DNA of 64,000 nt, from NCBI GenBank assembly GCA_039793445.1, contig JBAMLS010000001.1:3504-67503 (forward strand). The letters are read 5' to 3'. The stretch is from Minisyncoccales bacterium. GTDB taxonomy: Bacteria; Patescibacteriota; Minisyncoccia; Minisyncoccales; JBAMLS01. Positions 40,901 through 48,633 of this stretch are shown here, piece by piece (position 1 is the stretch's first letter; every line of letters starts with the position of its first letter). The notes under the pieces are model-generated. The model ran no database searches and had not been told where the DNA came from. It saw only the letters and a list, made by a program, of their open reading frames with translations. The position numbers were made by a program, and so were the translations under genes.

Positions 40901-41458
40901 ATGAGAAGATAAAAAGGTACCACATCTTGGACAATAGGGATTTACTTTTAATCCTTCATATAAAAATCCCTTTTCATATATTTTCTTTAAAATAAACCAC
41001 ACAGTTTCAATATATTCTTTTGTATAAGTAATATAAGGATTTTTTAAACCAATCCAAAAACCTATTCTTTGCGTAAATTTTTCCCATTCTTTTTTATATT
41101 CCCAAACAGATTTTTTACAAAGTTCATTAAATTTTTCTATTCCAAATTTTTCAATCTCTTTTTTTGTGTTTATTTTTAATTTTTTTTCTATTTCAATTTC
41201 AACTGGTAAACCATGAGTATCCCAACCTGCTTTTCTTTGAACTTTAAAGCCCTGCATTGTTTTATAACGGCACACAAGATCTTTAAAGGCTCTACTTAAA
41301 AAATGATGAATACCAGGTTTTCCATTTGCTGTGGGTGGACCTTCATAAAAAACAAAATCTTTGTTTTTGTTTCTTTGAGAAATACTTTTTTCAAAAATAT
41401 TTTCTTTATTCCAAAAATTTAAAATTTTCTTTTCTATTTTTTGAATATTAAATTCCAT
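37931..41458 (-). CDS. ileS: Isoleucyl-tRNA synthetase (type-2/archaeal-eukaryote-like) carrying an inserted histidine-phosphatase-superfamily domain
   Basis: PPTANGKPGIHHFLSRAFKD (HIGH-type), KMSKSKGN, CP1 Zn ligands (CPRC...CWRC), WFDSG. The insert spans aa 485-670 and carries RHG and second-His motifs (see findings). Confidence 0.9.
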   Translation of the reverse strand: MEFNIQKIEKKILNFWNKENIFEKSISQRNKNKDFVFYEGPPTANGKPGIHHFLSRAFKDLVCRYKTMQGFKVQRKAGWDTHGLPVEIEIEKKLKINTKKEIEKFGIEKFNELCKKSVWEYKKEWEKFTQRIGFWIGLKNPYITYTKEYIETVWFILKKIYEKGFLYEGLKVNPYCPRCGTFLSSHEVAQGYKTVKETSIFVKFKILNPEFENTSLLIWTTTPWTLPGNVAVAFNTKFKYVKVKINDEYLILAKERIKDLGLENYSYEEIDINKFSLISYEPPYPVKEYQSNIYKLFPADFVTLEEGTGLVHIAPAFGPEDMELIENQNLKLKEKKLPEFPIILNVNEEGKFKLFVEKFAGIFVKDADPLIIKDLKERNFLFKEKIIEHEYPFCWRCKTPLIFFAKNGWFIKMSALKNDLISNNRKINWIPKHIKTGRFGEWLKEAKDWSLSRERYWGTPLPIWECKKCGYRKIIGSINELKEQKFSQNRYLFLRHGESEMNLRNIIISSKPEKILSSLTERGKKEIKRVAKKLKKENIDIIISSDLERTRETAEILGKELNIEPIFDKRLRDIKAGIFEGKLISEFEGYWSSYKERFFKKPKGGENYNDVRKRIFNFIKEIDKKYTGKTILIISHSKPILMFQGTVLGYDIKDFEEKIERNKIKTGEYREIEFKDLPYNKKWEIDLHKPYVDNIKFYCPKCGEKMERVSFVIDCWFDSGAMPFAQEHWPFSSFQNKINEKQKLKPPKLFPADFISEGIDQTRGWFYTLLSISTLLGFGPSYKNVISLGIVLDEKGEKMSKSKGNVVSPWYIIEKYGVDATRWYFYTINQPGDYKLFSEKDIEKTKNRFILTFWNCFVFLKTYIRKIKTINPNNIQKLVKKSNNILDKWIISKFYSTILISQNALEKYEINKAAREIENFIINDLSLWYIRRSRKIFQNQKQDEESQMTVQVLTFVLFSLAKITAPFLPFQSEFFYQELKHNINKSKISVHLEDFPKVNKELIDKNLEKEMEKIREICSLALAERAKHSIKVRQPLGVLKIKPDFFKIKNTKLLDLIKEEVNVKEIVFEKTLKEKIELDTTLTEELIEEGIKREFIRNIQSKRKEMNLKPKDKILVEYGGDSKIISIISKNEENIKKEAKIEVLREVIIKDKNLFKEISFDEKKVYFTVKKFDFF

Positions 41459-41514
41459 ATTTTTTATTTTTATATTAATTAATAATTTATCAAAAAAAAT
41501 AAAAAAATAAAGAA

Positions 41515-43287
41515 TTACATCTTTTCTAATACGGAAAGCCCTAATATTTTAAAAGAATTTTTAAGAATTTGGGCAATAGAAAAAGTGATTAACAATCTTA
41601 ATTTTCTTAAATCATCATTTTTCTCGTTTAAAATTGGGTATCTTTCATAAAATAAATTGAATTTTTGAGAAAGATTAAAAATATAATTACAAATAATATT
41701 TGGACTAAACTTTTCTTGAGATTTTAAAAGAATAGTTCTAAATTTACAAATTTCTTTTAAAAGATAAAACTCTTCTTCCGAAAGAAAATTTGGATTTTTA
41801 GATAAAATTTTTATTTTATTTATTCTATTTATTTTTGCTTTTTTTAAAACACTATTTGCTCTTACTAAAGTATATTGCAAATAAGGGCCTGAATTACCTT
41901 TTAAATTTAAACATTTTTTTAAATCAAAAATAATATTATTCTGGGGATTTTCCCTTAGATCATTATATTTTATAGCGCTAATAGCAATTTTTTTTGCAAC
42001 TTTTTCTTTTATTTTTTCAGAAGCATTTTTATATGCTTTTGATTTACTTAAAATTTTTTTTGCTTCTTGAATAGCTTTATTTAAAATTTTCTCTAAATGA
42101 ATTGTTGTTCCTTGACGAGTAGAAATTTTACCACCCTTAGAAAGATACAATCCATGAGATAGATGAAAGAAATAAGTTTCTTTTTTAGCATAAATTTTAT
42201 CCCATTTTAACATTTTTACTGCTTCAAATAATTGTTTCATATATAAAGATTGCTCTGCCCCAACCTCATATAAAATTATATCTGGTTTCCATTTTTTTAA
42301 TCTGTATTTTATTGCCGCTAAATCGCGCAAAAAATAAGTAGAAGTACCATCTGATTTTACTAAAATTGCTGGCGGAAACTCTTTTTCTTTAAATTTTATA
42401 ATTAAAGCGCCCTCGCTTTTTGAAAGAATGCCTTTTTCTTGAAGTTCTTTAATTATTTCTTTTGTAAATTTAAGATAAAAACTTTCTCCTATAGTAAAAT
42501 CAATTTTTATATCTAAAATTTTATATATTTTATTAAATTCTTTTAGGCTTAATTTTACAATTTCTCTCCAAATTTGCTTAATTTTTTCATCTCTCTTTTC
42601 TAGTTTGAAGAAATATTTTCTTCCTTCTTCTTTTATTTTAGGATTTTTTTGCGCTTCTTTATGAAATTTAACATAAAGTTTTTCTAACTCGTAAATAGTA
42701 TATTCTTTTATATTCTTTTTTCCCCCCCATTTTAAAATAGCAAAAATTAGATTTCCAAATTGAGTCCCCCAATCACCTAAGTGGTTATCACCAATAGATT
42801 TATATCCTAAAAATTTAAAAAGATTATATATAGCGTGACCAATAATTGTTGATCTTAAATGTCCAATTCCAAAAGATTTTGCAATATTTGGAGAAGAATA
42901 ATCAATAACTATCGTTTTTTTCTTATTTAATATTATTCGTGGATATCTTTCTTTTTCTTTAAAAATATTGTTTATTTCTTCTAAAAATACTTCTTTTTTG
43001 AGAAAAAAATTTAAAAAGCCTTGAGGAGATATTTCAATTTTCTCTAAAAAATTTATTTTTTTATTATTTAATTTTTCCAATATTAAATTTGCTAATCCAA
43101 TAGGTGGTTTTTGAGCAACTTTTGAAAGCAATATTGCTATATTACTAGTAAAATCACCATATTGAAAAAAAACGGGAAAATTTATATCAAAATTAGGAAT
43201 AAAAAAATCAGAAAGTATTTTTTCTTTTTGAAGCTCTAAAATAGATTCTTTAATTTTTTCTTTTAAAATTTGTCTTTGAACTTCCAT
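41515..43287 (-). CDS. argS: Arginyl-tRNA synthetase
   Basis: N-terminal add-1 domain; DYSSPNIAKSFGIGHLRSTIIG (HIGH-equivalent); C-terminal DALR anticodon-binding domain. Confidence 0.85.
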   Translation of the reverse strand: MEVQRQILKEKIKESILELQKEKILSDFFIPNFDINFPVFFQYGDFTSNIAILLSKVAQKPPIGLANLILEKLNNKKINFLEKIEISPQGFLNFFLKKEVFLEEINNIFKEKERYPRIILNKKKTIVIDYSSPNIAKSFGIGHLRSTIIGHAIYNLFKFLGYKSIGDNHLGDWGTQFGNLIFAILKWGGKKNIKEYTIYELEKLYVKFHKEAQKNPKIKEEGRKYFFKLEKRDEKIKQIWREIVKLSLKEFNKIYKILDIKIDFTIGESFYLKFTKEIIKELQEKGILSKSEGALIIKFKEKEFPPAILVKSDGTSTYFLRDLAAIKYRLKKWKPDIILYEVGAEQSLYMKQLFEAVKMLKWDKIYAKKETYFFHLSHGLYLSKGGKISTRQGTTIHLEKILNKAIQEAKKILSKSKAYKNASEKIKEKVAKKIAISAIKYNDLRENPQNNIIFDLKKCLNLKGNSGPYLQYTLVRANSVLKKAKINRINKIKILSKNPNFLSEEEFYLLKEICKFRTILLKSQEKFSPNIICNYIFNLSQKFNLFYERYPILNEKNDDLRKLRLLITFSIAQILKNSFKILGLSVLEKM

Positions 43288-43963
43288 AAATTAAAGTGCC
43301 AATAAAAATTTTTTTATTTAAAACACAATCTAATCTTTTAAGAAACTCACCATTTATTATAAAAACATTAATACTCAATTTTTCTGCTAATTTTGAAGCA
43401 ATAGGATCAAAAGGGGTTGATAATCCCGGTTCCCATTTTCCACCAATAATTCTTTTATATTCTTTAAAAGAAATTTCTTTTAAGGGTTTTACATTTTTAA
43501 ATTTTCTTGGATCTTTATCATATATAAAATCTATATTTGTTAAATTTATAATTTCTTTTATTCTATTGTGTTTTGCAAACAATACAGAAACATAATCTGT
43601 AGAAAATCCAGGTTTAAAACCCGAACCGACAATAATATCTTTTTTAAAATTAACCTTTTTTGTTGGATCAGTTATAATGGTGTTATTACAAAAAGAAGAA
43701 AAAATCCTTTTTACTACTTTCGCATTTAATCTTGTTACTTCTATTCCAATCTGATCTCTTTCAAAAGATTCTGCTCCAAATTCTTTAAGGGCCTCTTGAT
43801 ATTTTCTTGCTATTTTCCCTCCCCCAACAAAAATAACAAATTTATATTTTTTTAAATGTTTTAAAATTAGGTTTCTAAATTTTTTTAAGAAATTTAAATT
43901 AATTTCATTTTCTTTCCACAAAAGCGAACCACCTAAAGATATAATTATTTTTTTCTTTTCCAT
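43250..43963 (-). CDS. pyrH: Uridylate (UMP) kinase, archaeal type (amino-acid-kinase fold)
   Basis: IISLGGS N-terminus, FVGGGKIAR, and IIVGSGFKPGFSTDYVSVLFAK / IDFIYDKDPR aligning with archaeal PyrH VVTGGFQPGQSTAAVAAL / VDGVYEKDPR. Overlaps the argS start by 38 nt. Confidence 0.6.
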   Translation of the reverse strand: MEKKKIIISLGGSLLWKENEINLNFLKKFRNLILKHLKKYKFVIFVGGGKIARKYQEALKEFGAESFERDQIGIEVTRLNAKVVKRIFSSFCNNTIITDPTKKVNFKKDIIVGSGFKPGFSTDYVSVLFAKHNRIKEIINLTNIDFIYDKDPRKFKNVKPLKEISFKEYKRIIGGKWEPGLSTPFDPIASKLAEKLSINVFIINGEFLKRLDCVLNKKIFIGTLIYGSSKTNFKRKN

Positions 43964-43990
43964 ATTTTTGTTTTAATTTTAATATATTTT

Positions 43991-44482
43991 TTGCTAAAAT
44001 TAAAGAATCAACCTATGAAAAAAAATATTAAGAGGGTTATTGCTCAAAACAAGAAAGCAGAGTTTAATTACGAAATTTTAGAGAAATATATAGCTGGAAT
44101 AGTATTAGAAGGTCACGAAGTAAAATCAATAAAAATTTTTGGTATAAACCTAAATGGTGTTTTTGCTATTGTTAAAAGGGGTGAAATTTTTTTAATAGGA
44201 TTAAATATTCCTCCTTATCAGCCTGGAAACTTAACTTTAAGATATAATCCAAAAAGAGATAGGAAATTGCTTTTAAAAAAAACTGAAATAAAAAATATAA
44301 TAAATAAATTAAATCAAAAAAGGTTGACGTTAATACCGCTTAGGGTGTATAATATAAAAGGTTTAATTAAGATCGAATTGGGTATAGCTAAACATAAAAA
44401 GAAGTTTGAAAAAAAAGAAAAAATAAAAGAAAGAGAAATTGACAGAGAAATAAAAAAAGAAATAAAAAATTATAATCTTTAG
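43991..44482 (+). CDS. smpB: SsrA-binding protein
   Basis: KKAEFNYEILEKYIAGIVLEGHEVKSIK and the conserved basic C-terminal tail. Confidence 0.9.
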   Translation: MLKLKNQPMKKNIKRVIAQNKKAEFNYEILEKYIAGIVLEGHEVKSIKIFGINLNGVFAIVKRGEIFLIGLNIPPYQPGNLTLRYNPKRDRKLLLKKTEIKNIINKLNQKRLTLIPLRVYNIKGLIKIELGIAKHKKKFEKKEKIKEREIDREIKKEIKNYNL

Positions 44483-44505
44483 GTTCTTTTTTTATTTAAT
44501 AAGAG

Positions 44506-44852
44506 GGGGGTGAAAATGGAATTGATGAAAGTCATAAAAAGCCAAAGCAGGCAGGTTGAGGGAGACCTCATAAAACATCTAAAAAGTGCAAACTTTACTT
44601 TTAAACCTGCTTTAGTTGCTGCATAAAACTAAAGCCATTCTTCTTCTTTTGTTCTCGACAAAGAAGAAAGGGTGTTATATTTTTCGAGATAGATAGTTAT
44701 TTTTCCTGGAATAACTATCGAAAAATAACAGGAAAAAAGTCTTATCGTTTTTGTCTACTTTTTAAAGATAAGACTTTAAAAGAAAGTAGACTATACCTGT
44801 AAAACTGCGAGGCTTTGACTCTCAGACGCGGGTTCAAATCCCACCACCTCCA
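44506..44852 (+). ncRNA. ssrA: Transfer-messenger RNA (tmRNA, ssrA)
   Basis: 5' GGGGGUG pairs with 3' CACCUCC, including a G3:U70 wobble (the tRNA-Ala identity element). T arm is gcggg-TTCAAAT-cccac; discriminator is A. Internal tag frame is gca aac ttt act ttt aaa cct gct tta gtt gct gca taa (ANFTFKPALVAA*, 44588-44626). Relatively GC-rich versus the surroundings; sits directly downstream of smpB. Confidence 0.75.
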
Positions 44853-44894
44853 CAATTAATATTAATATAAATTAATAAAAATATTTTTAAAAAA

Positions 44895-45386
44895 ATTTTA
44901 ATAAACAATCAAATAAAAGCAGAAAAAGTAAGAGTAATAAAAGAAAATGGAGAGCAACTTGGTGTTTTACCATTACAAGAAGCTCTAGAGTTAGCAAAAC
45001 AAAATAACACAGATTTAGTACTAATAACTGATAACATCCAACCACCTGTTTGTAAATTAATAAATTATGGAAAATTTATTTATAATTTGCAGAAAAAAGA
45101 GAAAAAGAAAAAAGATAGTGGTCAAATAAAAAATATTAGAATCGGTTTCAATATAGCTTCTCATGATTTAGAAACTAAAATAAAAGCAATAGAGAATTTC
45201 CTTAAAAAAGGCAATAAAATAAAAATTGAATTAAAGTTATCTGGAAGAGAAAATAGATTTACAGAAATAGCAAAAGAAAAAATTAATGAAATTTTAAACA
45301 ATTTAAAAAATAATTTTGATATAAAAATTGAGAGAGATTTAAAAAAAGAAGGCAATAGAATCACCGTTTTAATAAGTAAAAAATAA
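44895..45386 (+). CDS. infC: Translation initiation factor IF-3, with a non-ATG (ATT/ATA) start
   Basis: The frame is open from 44880 and encodes ...ILINNQIKAEKVRVIKENGEQLGVLPLQEALELAKQNNTDLVLI, which matches the IF-3 N-domain (INEEIRAREVRLI...GEQLGV...). No ATG occurs before the internal Met at 45087 used by the ORF track. Candidate starts are ATT at 44895 or 44883, or ATA at 44901. The C-domain is GFNIASHDLETKIKAIENFLKKGNKIKI. Confidence 0.65.
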   Translation: MLINNQIKAEKVRVIKENGEQLGVLPLQEALELAKQNNTDLVLITDNIQPPVCKLINYGKFIYNLQKKEKKKKDSGQIKNIRIGFNIASHDLETKIKAIENFLKKGNKIKIELKLSGRENRFTEIAKEKINEILNNLKNNFDIKIERDLKKEGNRITVLISKK

Positions 45387-45390
45387 AATT

Positions 45391-45567
45391 ATGAAAAAAA
45401 CACTATTAAAAAGATTTAAGATTAAAAATACGGGAAAAATTTTGGTTTTACCTACAGGTCAAAATCATTTTAGATCAAAAAAATCTGGAAAAAAAATAAG
45501 ACAAAAAAGAAAACTAAAACATTTAACAAAAGAAGTCGTTAAAAAAATAAAAGAAAGATTAAAATAA
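45391..45567 (+). CDS. rpmI: 50S ribosomal protein L35
   Basis: 58-aa basic ORF MKKTLLKRFKIKNTGKILVLPTGQNHFRSKKSGKKIRQKRKLKHLTKEVVKKIKERLK. It is below the ORF-track length cutoff and sits in the classic infC-rpmI-rplT position. Confidence 0.7.
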   Translation: MKKTLLKRFKIKNTGKILVLPTGQNHFRSKKSGKKIRQKRKLKHLTKEVVKKIKERLK

Positions 45568-45571
45568 AATT

Positions 45572-45919
45572 ATGACAAGAGTAAAAAGAGGAAAAATAAA
45601 AGTTAAAAAAAGAAAAAAATTATTAAAATTAACAAAGGGTTTTAAATGGGGTAGAAAATCAAAACCAAAAAGAGCAAAAGAGGCAATTTTAAAAGCCCTC
45701 ACTTATGCTTATAGGGACAGAAAAAAGAAAAAAAGCGAGTTTAGAAAACTTTGGCAAATTCAAATTGGAAATGCGGCAAAAGAAAGAGGATTAAGTTATA
45801 GTAAATTTATTCATTTATTGAAAGAAAAAAATATCGAATTAGATAGAAAAATATTAGCACAAATTGCTATAAATTACCCTGATATTTTTTCGAAAATTAT
45901 AGAAAAAGTAAAAAGTTAA
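45572..45919 (+). CDS. rplT: 50S ribosomal protein L20
   Basis: MTRVKRGKIKVKKRKKLLKLTKGFKWGRKS... is the canonical L20 N-terminus; 115 aa. Confidence 0.9.
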   Translation: MTRVKRGKIKVKKRKKLLKLTKGFKWGRKSKPKRAKEAILKALTYAYRDRKKKKSEFRKLWQIQIGNAAKERGLSYSKFIHLLKEKNIELDRKILAQIAINYPDIFSKIIEKVKS

Positions 45920-46653
45920 AAAATAACTTTTTTCTTTTTTATTTTTATTCCTTCTTTCTTTAAAAGAAAAATCTTCTTCTTTTCTCCTCTATTATATCCC
46001 CCTACTTTTCTATCTGATCTAATTACTCTATGACAAGGTATTCTAATATTCTCTTTTTTTGTTTTGTTTAAAATATTACCAACAGCCCTCCATGCTGTTG
46101 GTCTTTCGGCTAAAATTGCTACTTCTTTATAAGTTAAAAATTTTCCTTTTGGAATTTTCTTAACAAGGTTGTATACCTTTTCCTTAAAAGACACTTTATT
46201 TTTTAAACTATTTTCTTTTATTTTATTAATTAAAAAATCGTTTGCCTTTTTAAGAACACTTTTGGCGTTATCGTAAGTAAGAATTTTTATTGCCTCTTTA
46301 AATGGCGCCCACGTAAAACCTATATGTTCTTTTGAAATCGTAATTTCCTCTTGATTTGTACTTACTAAAAAAAATGTTACAAATTTTAAAACTCTTTTAC
46401 CCTGAGAATAAAAATAATACTTTATTGTTTCCTTAAAGCCATCGATGATTTTTATATCATTTAGTCCTGTTTCTTCGTTTATTTCTCTTTTTGCTGTTTC
46501 TATTAATTTTTCTCCTTTTTCAACATGACCTTTTGGAAAATCCCAATAATCTTTTTTTGTTCTACTGCCCTTTGGATAGTGTAATAATAAATATTGAATA
46601 TCGCCATTTGTTTTTCTAAAGACAATACCACCAGCTGATCTTTCAATTGGCAT
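45916..46653 (-). CDS. Fusion protein: N-terminal Nudix hydrolase (Ap4A-hydrolase-like) plus C-terminal methylated-DNA-protein-cysteine methyltransferase catalytic/DNA-binding domain
   Basis: Nudix box GHVEKGEKLIETAKREINEETGL, with SAGGIVFR...YLLL...WDFPKG context like small Ap4A hydrolases. C-terminal LTYKEVAILAERPTAWRAVGNILNKT...IPCHRVIRSDRKVGGY is the MGMT_C helix-turn-helix with the PCHRV active-site Cys retained. Confidence 0.65.
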   Translation of the reverse strand: MPIERSAGGIVFRKTNGDIQYLLLHYPKGSRTKKDYWDFPKGHVEKGEKLIETAKREINEETGLNDIKIIDGFKETIKYYFYSQGKRVLKFVTFFLVSTNQEEITISKEHIGFTWAPFKEAIKILTYDNAKSVLKKANDFLINKIKENSLKNKVSFKEKVYNLVKKIPKGKFLTYKEVAILAERPTAWRAVGNILNKTKKENIRIPCHRVIRSDRKVGGYNRGEKKKIFLLKKEGIKIKKKKVIF

Positions 46654-46660
46654 AATTAAA

Positions 46661-46829
46661 TTATTTATAAACTTTAGAAGAAATAATCCAAAAAATTATT
46701 ATAAAAAAAATTAAAATCAAAATATTTATCATTTGGTTTTTTATACTATCTTCTTCTTTTTGAATTTCTTTGCTTTCTCTTTGGATTTTTCCATCTGTGT
46801 TTTTGTTTTCTTGATTTTGTTCTGACATA
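46661..46829 (-). CDS. Small ORF (56 aa): possible tail-anchored membrane peptide
   Basis: MSEQNQENKNTDGKIQRESKEIQKEEDSIKNQMINILILIFFIIIFWIISSKVYK: charged N-terminal half and one C-terminal TM. Lies in the 178-bp gap between polX and the Nudix-MGMT gene; not in the ORF track (<60 aa). Confidence 0.2.
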
Positions 46830-46831
46830 GA

Positions 46832-48574
46832 TTATTTATTTTTAAAAAATATGTAAATTTCTTTTAAAGAAAGGGTATTTATAATATCTTCTTTTTCCGC
46901 CCATCCCCTTCTAGCTTGAGCTATACCATATTCAATAAATTTCATTTGATCTTTTTGATGGGAATCTGTATTAATTACCATCTTTATTCCAATCTCTTTT
47001 GCTTTTTTTATATTAATATCATTTAAATCTAATCTTTCAGGATAAGCATTAATTTCTAAAATTGTTTTTGTTTCTTTTGCTATTTTTAAAATTTCTTCTA
47101 TATCAATTTCATATTCGTCTCTTTTTTTTAAAATTCTTCCTGTAGGGTGAGAAACAATATCAATGTTGGGATTTTTCATAGCTTTTATTATTCTTTTTGT
47201 CATTTTCTCTTTTGGCATTTTAAAATTTGAATGAATACCGGCGATTACAAAATCCATTTGTTTTAGAACTTCGTCTTTAATATCAACAGAACCATCATTT
47301 AAAATATTCGCTTCGCAACCTTTTAAAATTCTAAAATTAATATTTTTTCTTTTAAAATTTTCATTTATTTTATCAATCTCTTTATTTCTTTCAATTAATT
47401 CTTTTTCATCTAACCCATGTTCTATTTTTAAAAATTTTGTATGACTGGCAATTCCTAAATATTCATACCCTAAACTTAAAGCCATATTTGCCATTTCTTC
47501 TATTGTATTTTCTCCACCGTCAAATTTTCCCTTCCACTTAATATGACAATGTAAATCTCCTTTAATATCTTGATATCCTATAAGTTTTGGTAATTTATGA
47601 TTTAAAGCAGCCTCTATCTCACCCCTATCTTCTCTTAGTTCAGGTTCAATATAATCCATACCCAAAGTATCATAAATTTCTTTTTCAGTTTTACCAGCTA
47701 CTATTTTAGAACCTGAAAATAATCCATATTCAGATAGTTTAAAACCCTTTTCTATCGCAACCTTTCTTAAAGCAATATTATGTTCTTTAGAACCAGTAAA
47801 ATATAAAAGAGAGGCACCATAAGATTTTTGAGGTACCACCCTTAAATCCATATCAAAACCTTCTTTGGCCCTTACTGAAGATTTTGTTTTCCCTTTGCCC
47901 CAAATTTTAACAATATCTGGTAATGAACAAAAATAATCCATTATTTTTTCCGGTTTGTCAGAAATTGCCAAAAAATCAACATCGCCTATAGTTTCTTTCA
48001 TACGCCTAATTGAACCACAAACAGATAATTCTTTTACTTCTTTTAGTAAAATAAGCTTTTCTGAAACTTCTTTAACAAAGGGTAAAATTTCTCCTAAAAG
48101 AAATCTTCCTTTGGATTTTTTAAAAAATTCTATTGATTGTAAAATATTTTTTTCTGTTTTTTCGCCAAAACCAAAAAGGGGCGCGATTTTATGTTCTTTA
48201 GCCGCTTTCTCTAATTGTTCTAAATTTTTAATTTTTAATTTTTCGTATAAAACTTTTATCTTTTTGGGACCTAACCCTTCTAAATTGGCCAATTCTTCTA
48301 AATTTATAGGATACTTTTTTTTAAAATCTTCATAATATTTTATTTTTCCTGTCTTTAAATATTCTTCTATTTTTTGAGCAATACTTTTTCCAATACCAGG
48401 AATTTCTTCTAAAGTCCTTAATCCTCCCTTTTTATAAATCTCTCTTAAATCTAAATCTAGTCCAGAAACTAAAAGAGCAGCTTTTTCATAAGCAAAAGGT
48501 TTAAACTCTATACCTTCCATTTGTAAAAAATAAGAAATCTCCTGAAAAATTTTGGCAAGTTCTTGATTTACCAT
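46832..48574 (-). CDS. polX: Family X DNA polymerase with C-terminal PHP phosphoesterase domain
   Basis: N-terminal HhH motifs (IPGIGKSIAQKI; LEGLGPKKIKVL); Pol-beta nucleotidyltransferase GSIRRMKETIGDVDFL; PHP motifs DLHCHIKWKG...DG and later His/Asp clusters. Confidence 0.85.
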   Translation of the reverse strand: MVNQELAKIFQEISYFLQMEGIEFKPFAYEKAALLVSGLDLDLREIYKKGGLRTLEEIPGIGKSIAQKIEEYLKTGKIKYYEDFKKKYPINLEELANLEGLGPKKIKVLYEKLKIKNLEQLEKAAKEHKIAPLFGFGEKTEKNILQSIEFFKKSKGRFLLGEILPFVKEVSEKLILLKEVKELSVCGSIRRMKETIGDVDFLAISDKPEKIMDYFCSLPDIVKIWGKGKTKSSVRAKEGFDMDLRVVPQKSYGASLLYFTGSKEHNIALRKVAIEKGFKLSEYGLFSGSKIVAGKTEKEIYDTLGMDYIEPELREDRGEIEAALNHKLPKLIGYQDIKGDLHCHIKWKGKFDGGENTIEEMANMALSLGYEYLGIASHTKFLKIEHGLDEKELIERNKEIDKINENFKRKNINFRILKGCEANILNDGSVDIKDEVLKQMDFVIAGIHSNFKMPKEKMTKRIIKAMKNPNIDIVSHPTGRILKKRDEYEIDIEEILKIAKETKTILEINAYPERLDLNDINIKKAKEIGIKMVINTDSHQKDQMKFIEYGIAQARRGWAEKEDIINTLSLKEIYIFFKNK

Positions 48575-48633
48575 AAATTTTTATATTTTAAAGCGTTTTT
48601 CTAAAATGGTAAACAATTTACTTTTAAATAAAA

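Noticed and set aside
37931-41458. Possibility that the extra about 185 aa in IleS is an intein or inserted mobile element
   Set aside because: There are no intein splice-junction residues (no C/S/T+1 after a terminal HN, no Hint blocks). Instead the segment carries histidine-phosphatase catalytic motifs (RHG, SHS), so it reads as a domain insertion.
43250-43287. 38-nt overlap between the argS start and the pyrH stop as a possible frameshift or fusion
   Set aside because: Both proteins have complete, family-typical termini (the PyrH C-terminus and the ArgS N-terminal add-1 domain). Short overlaps are pervasive in this window. The argS start could alternatively be a downstream Met, which would give no overlap.
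45161-45364. 67-aa antisense ORF inside infC
   Set aside because: It is embedded opposite the conserved IF-3 C-domain coding frame, with a low-complexity Leu/Phe/Ser translation.
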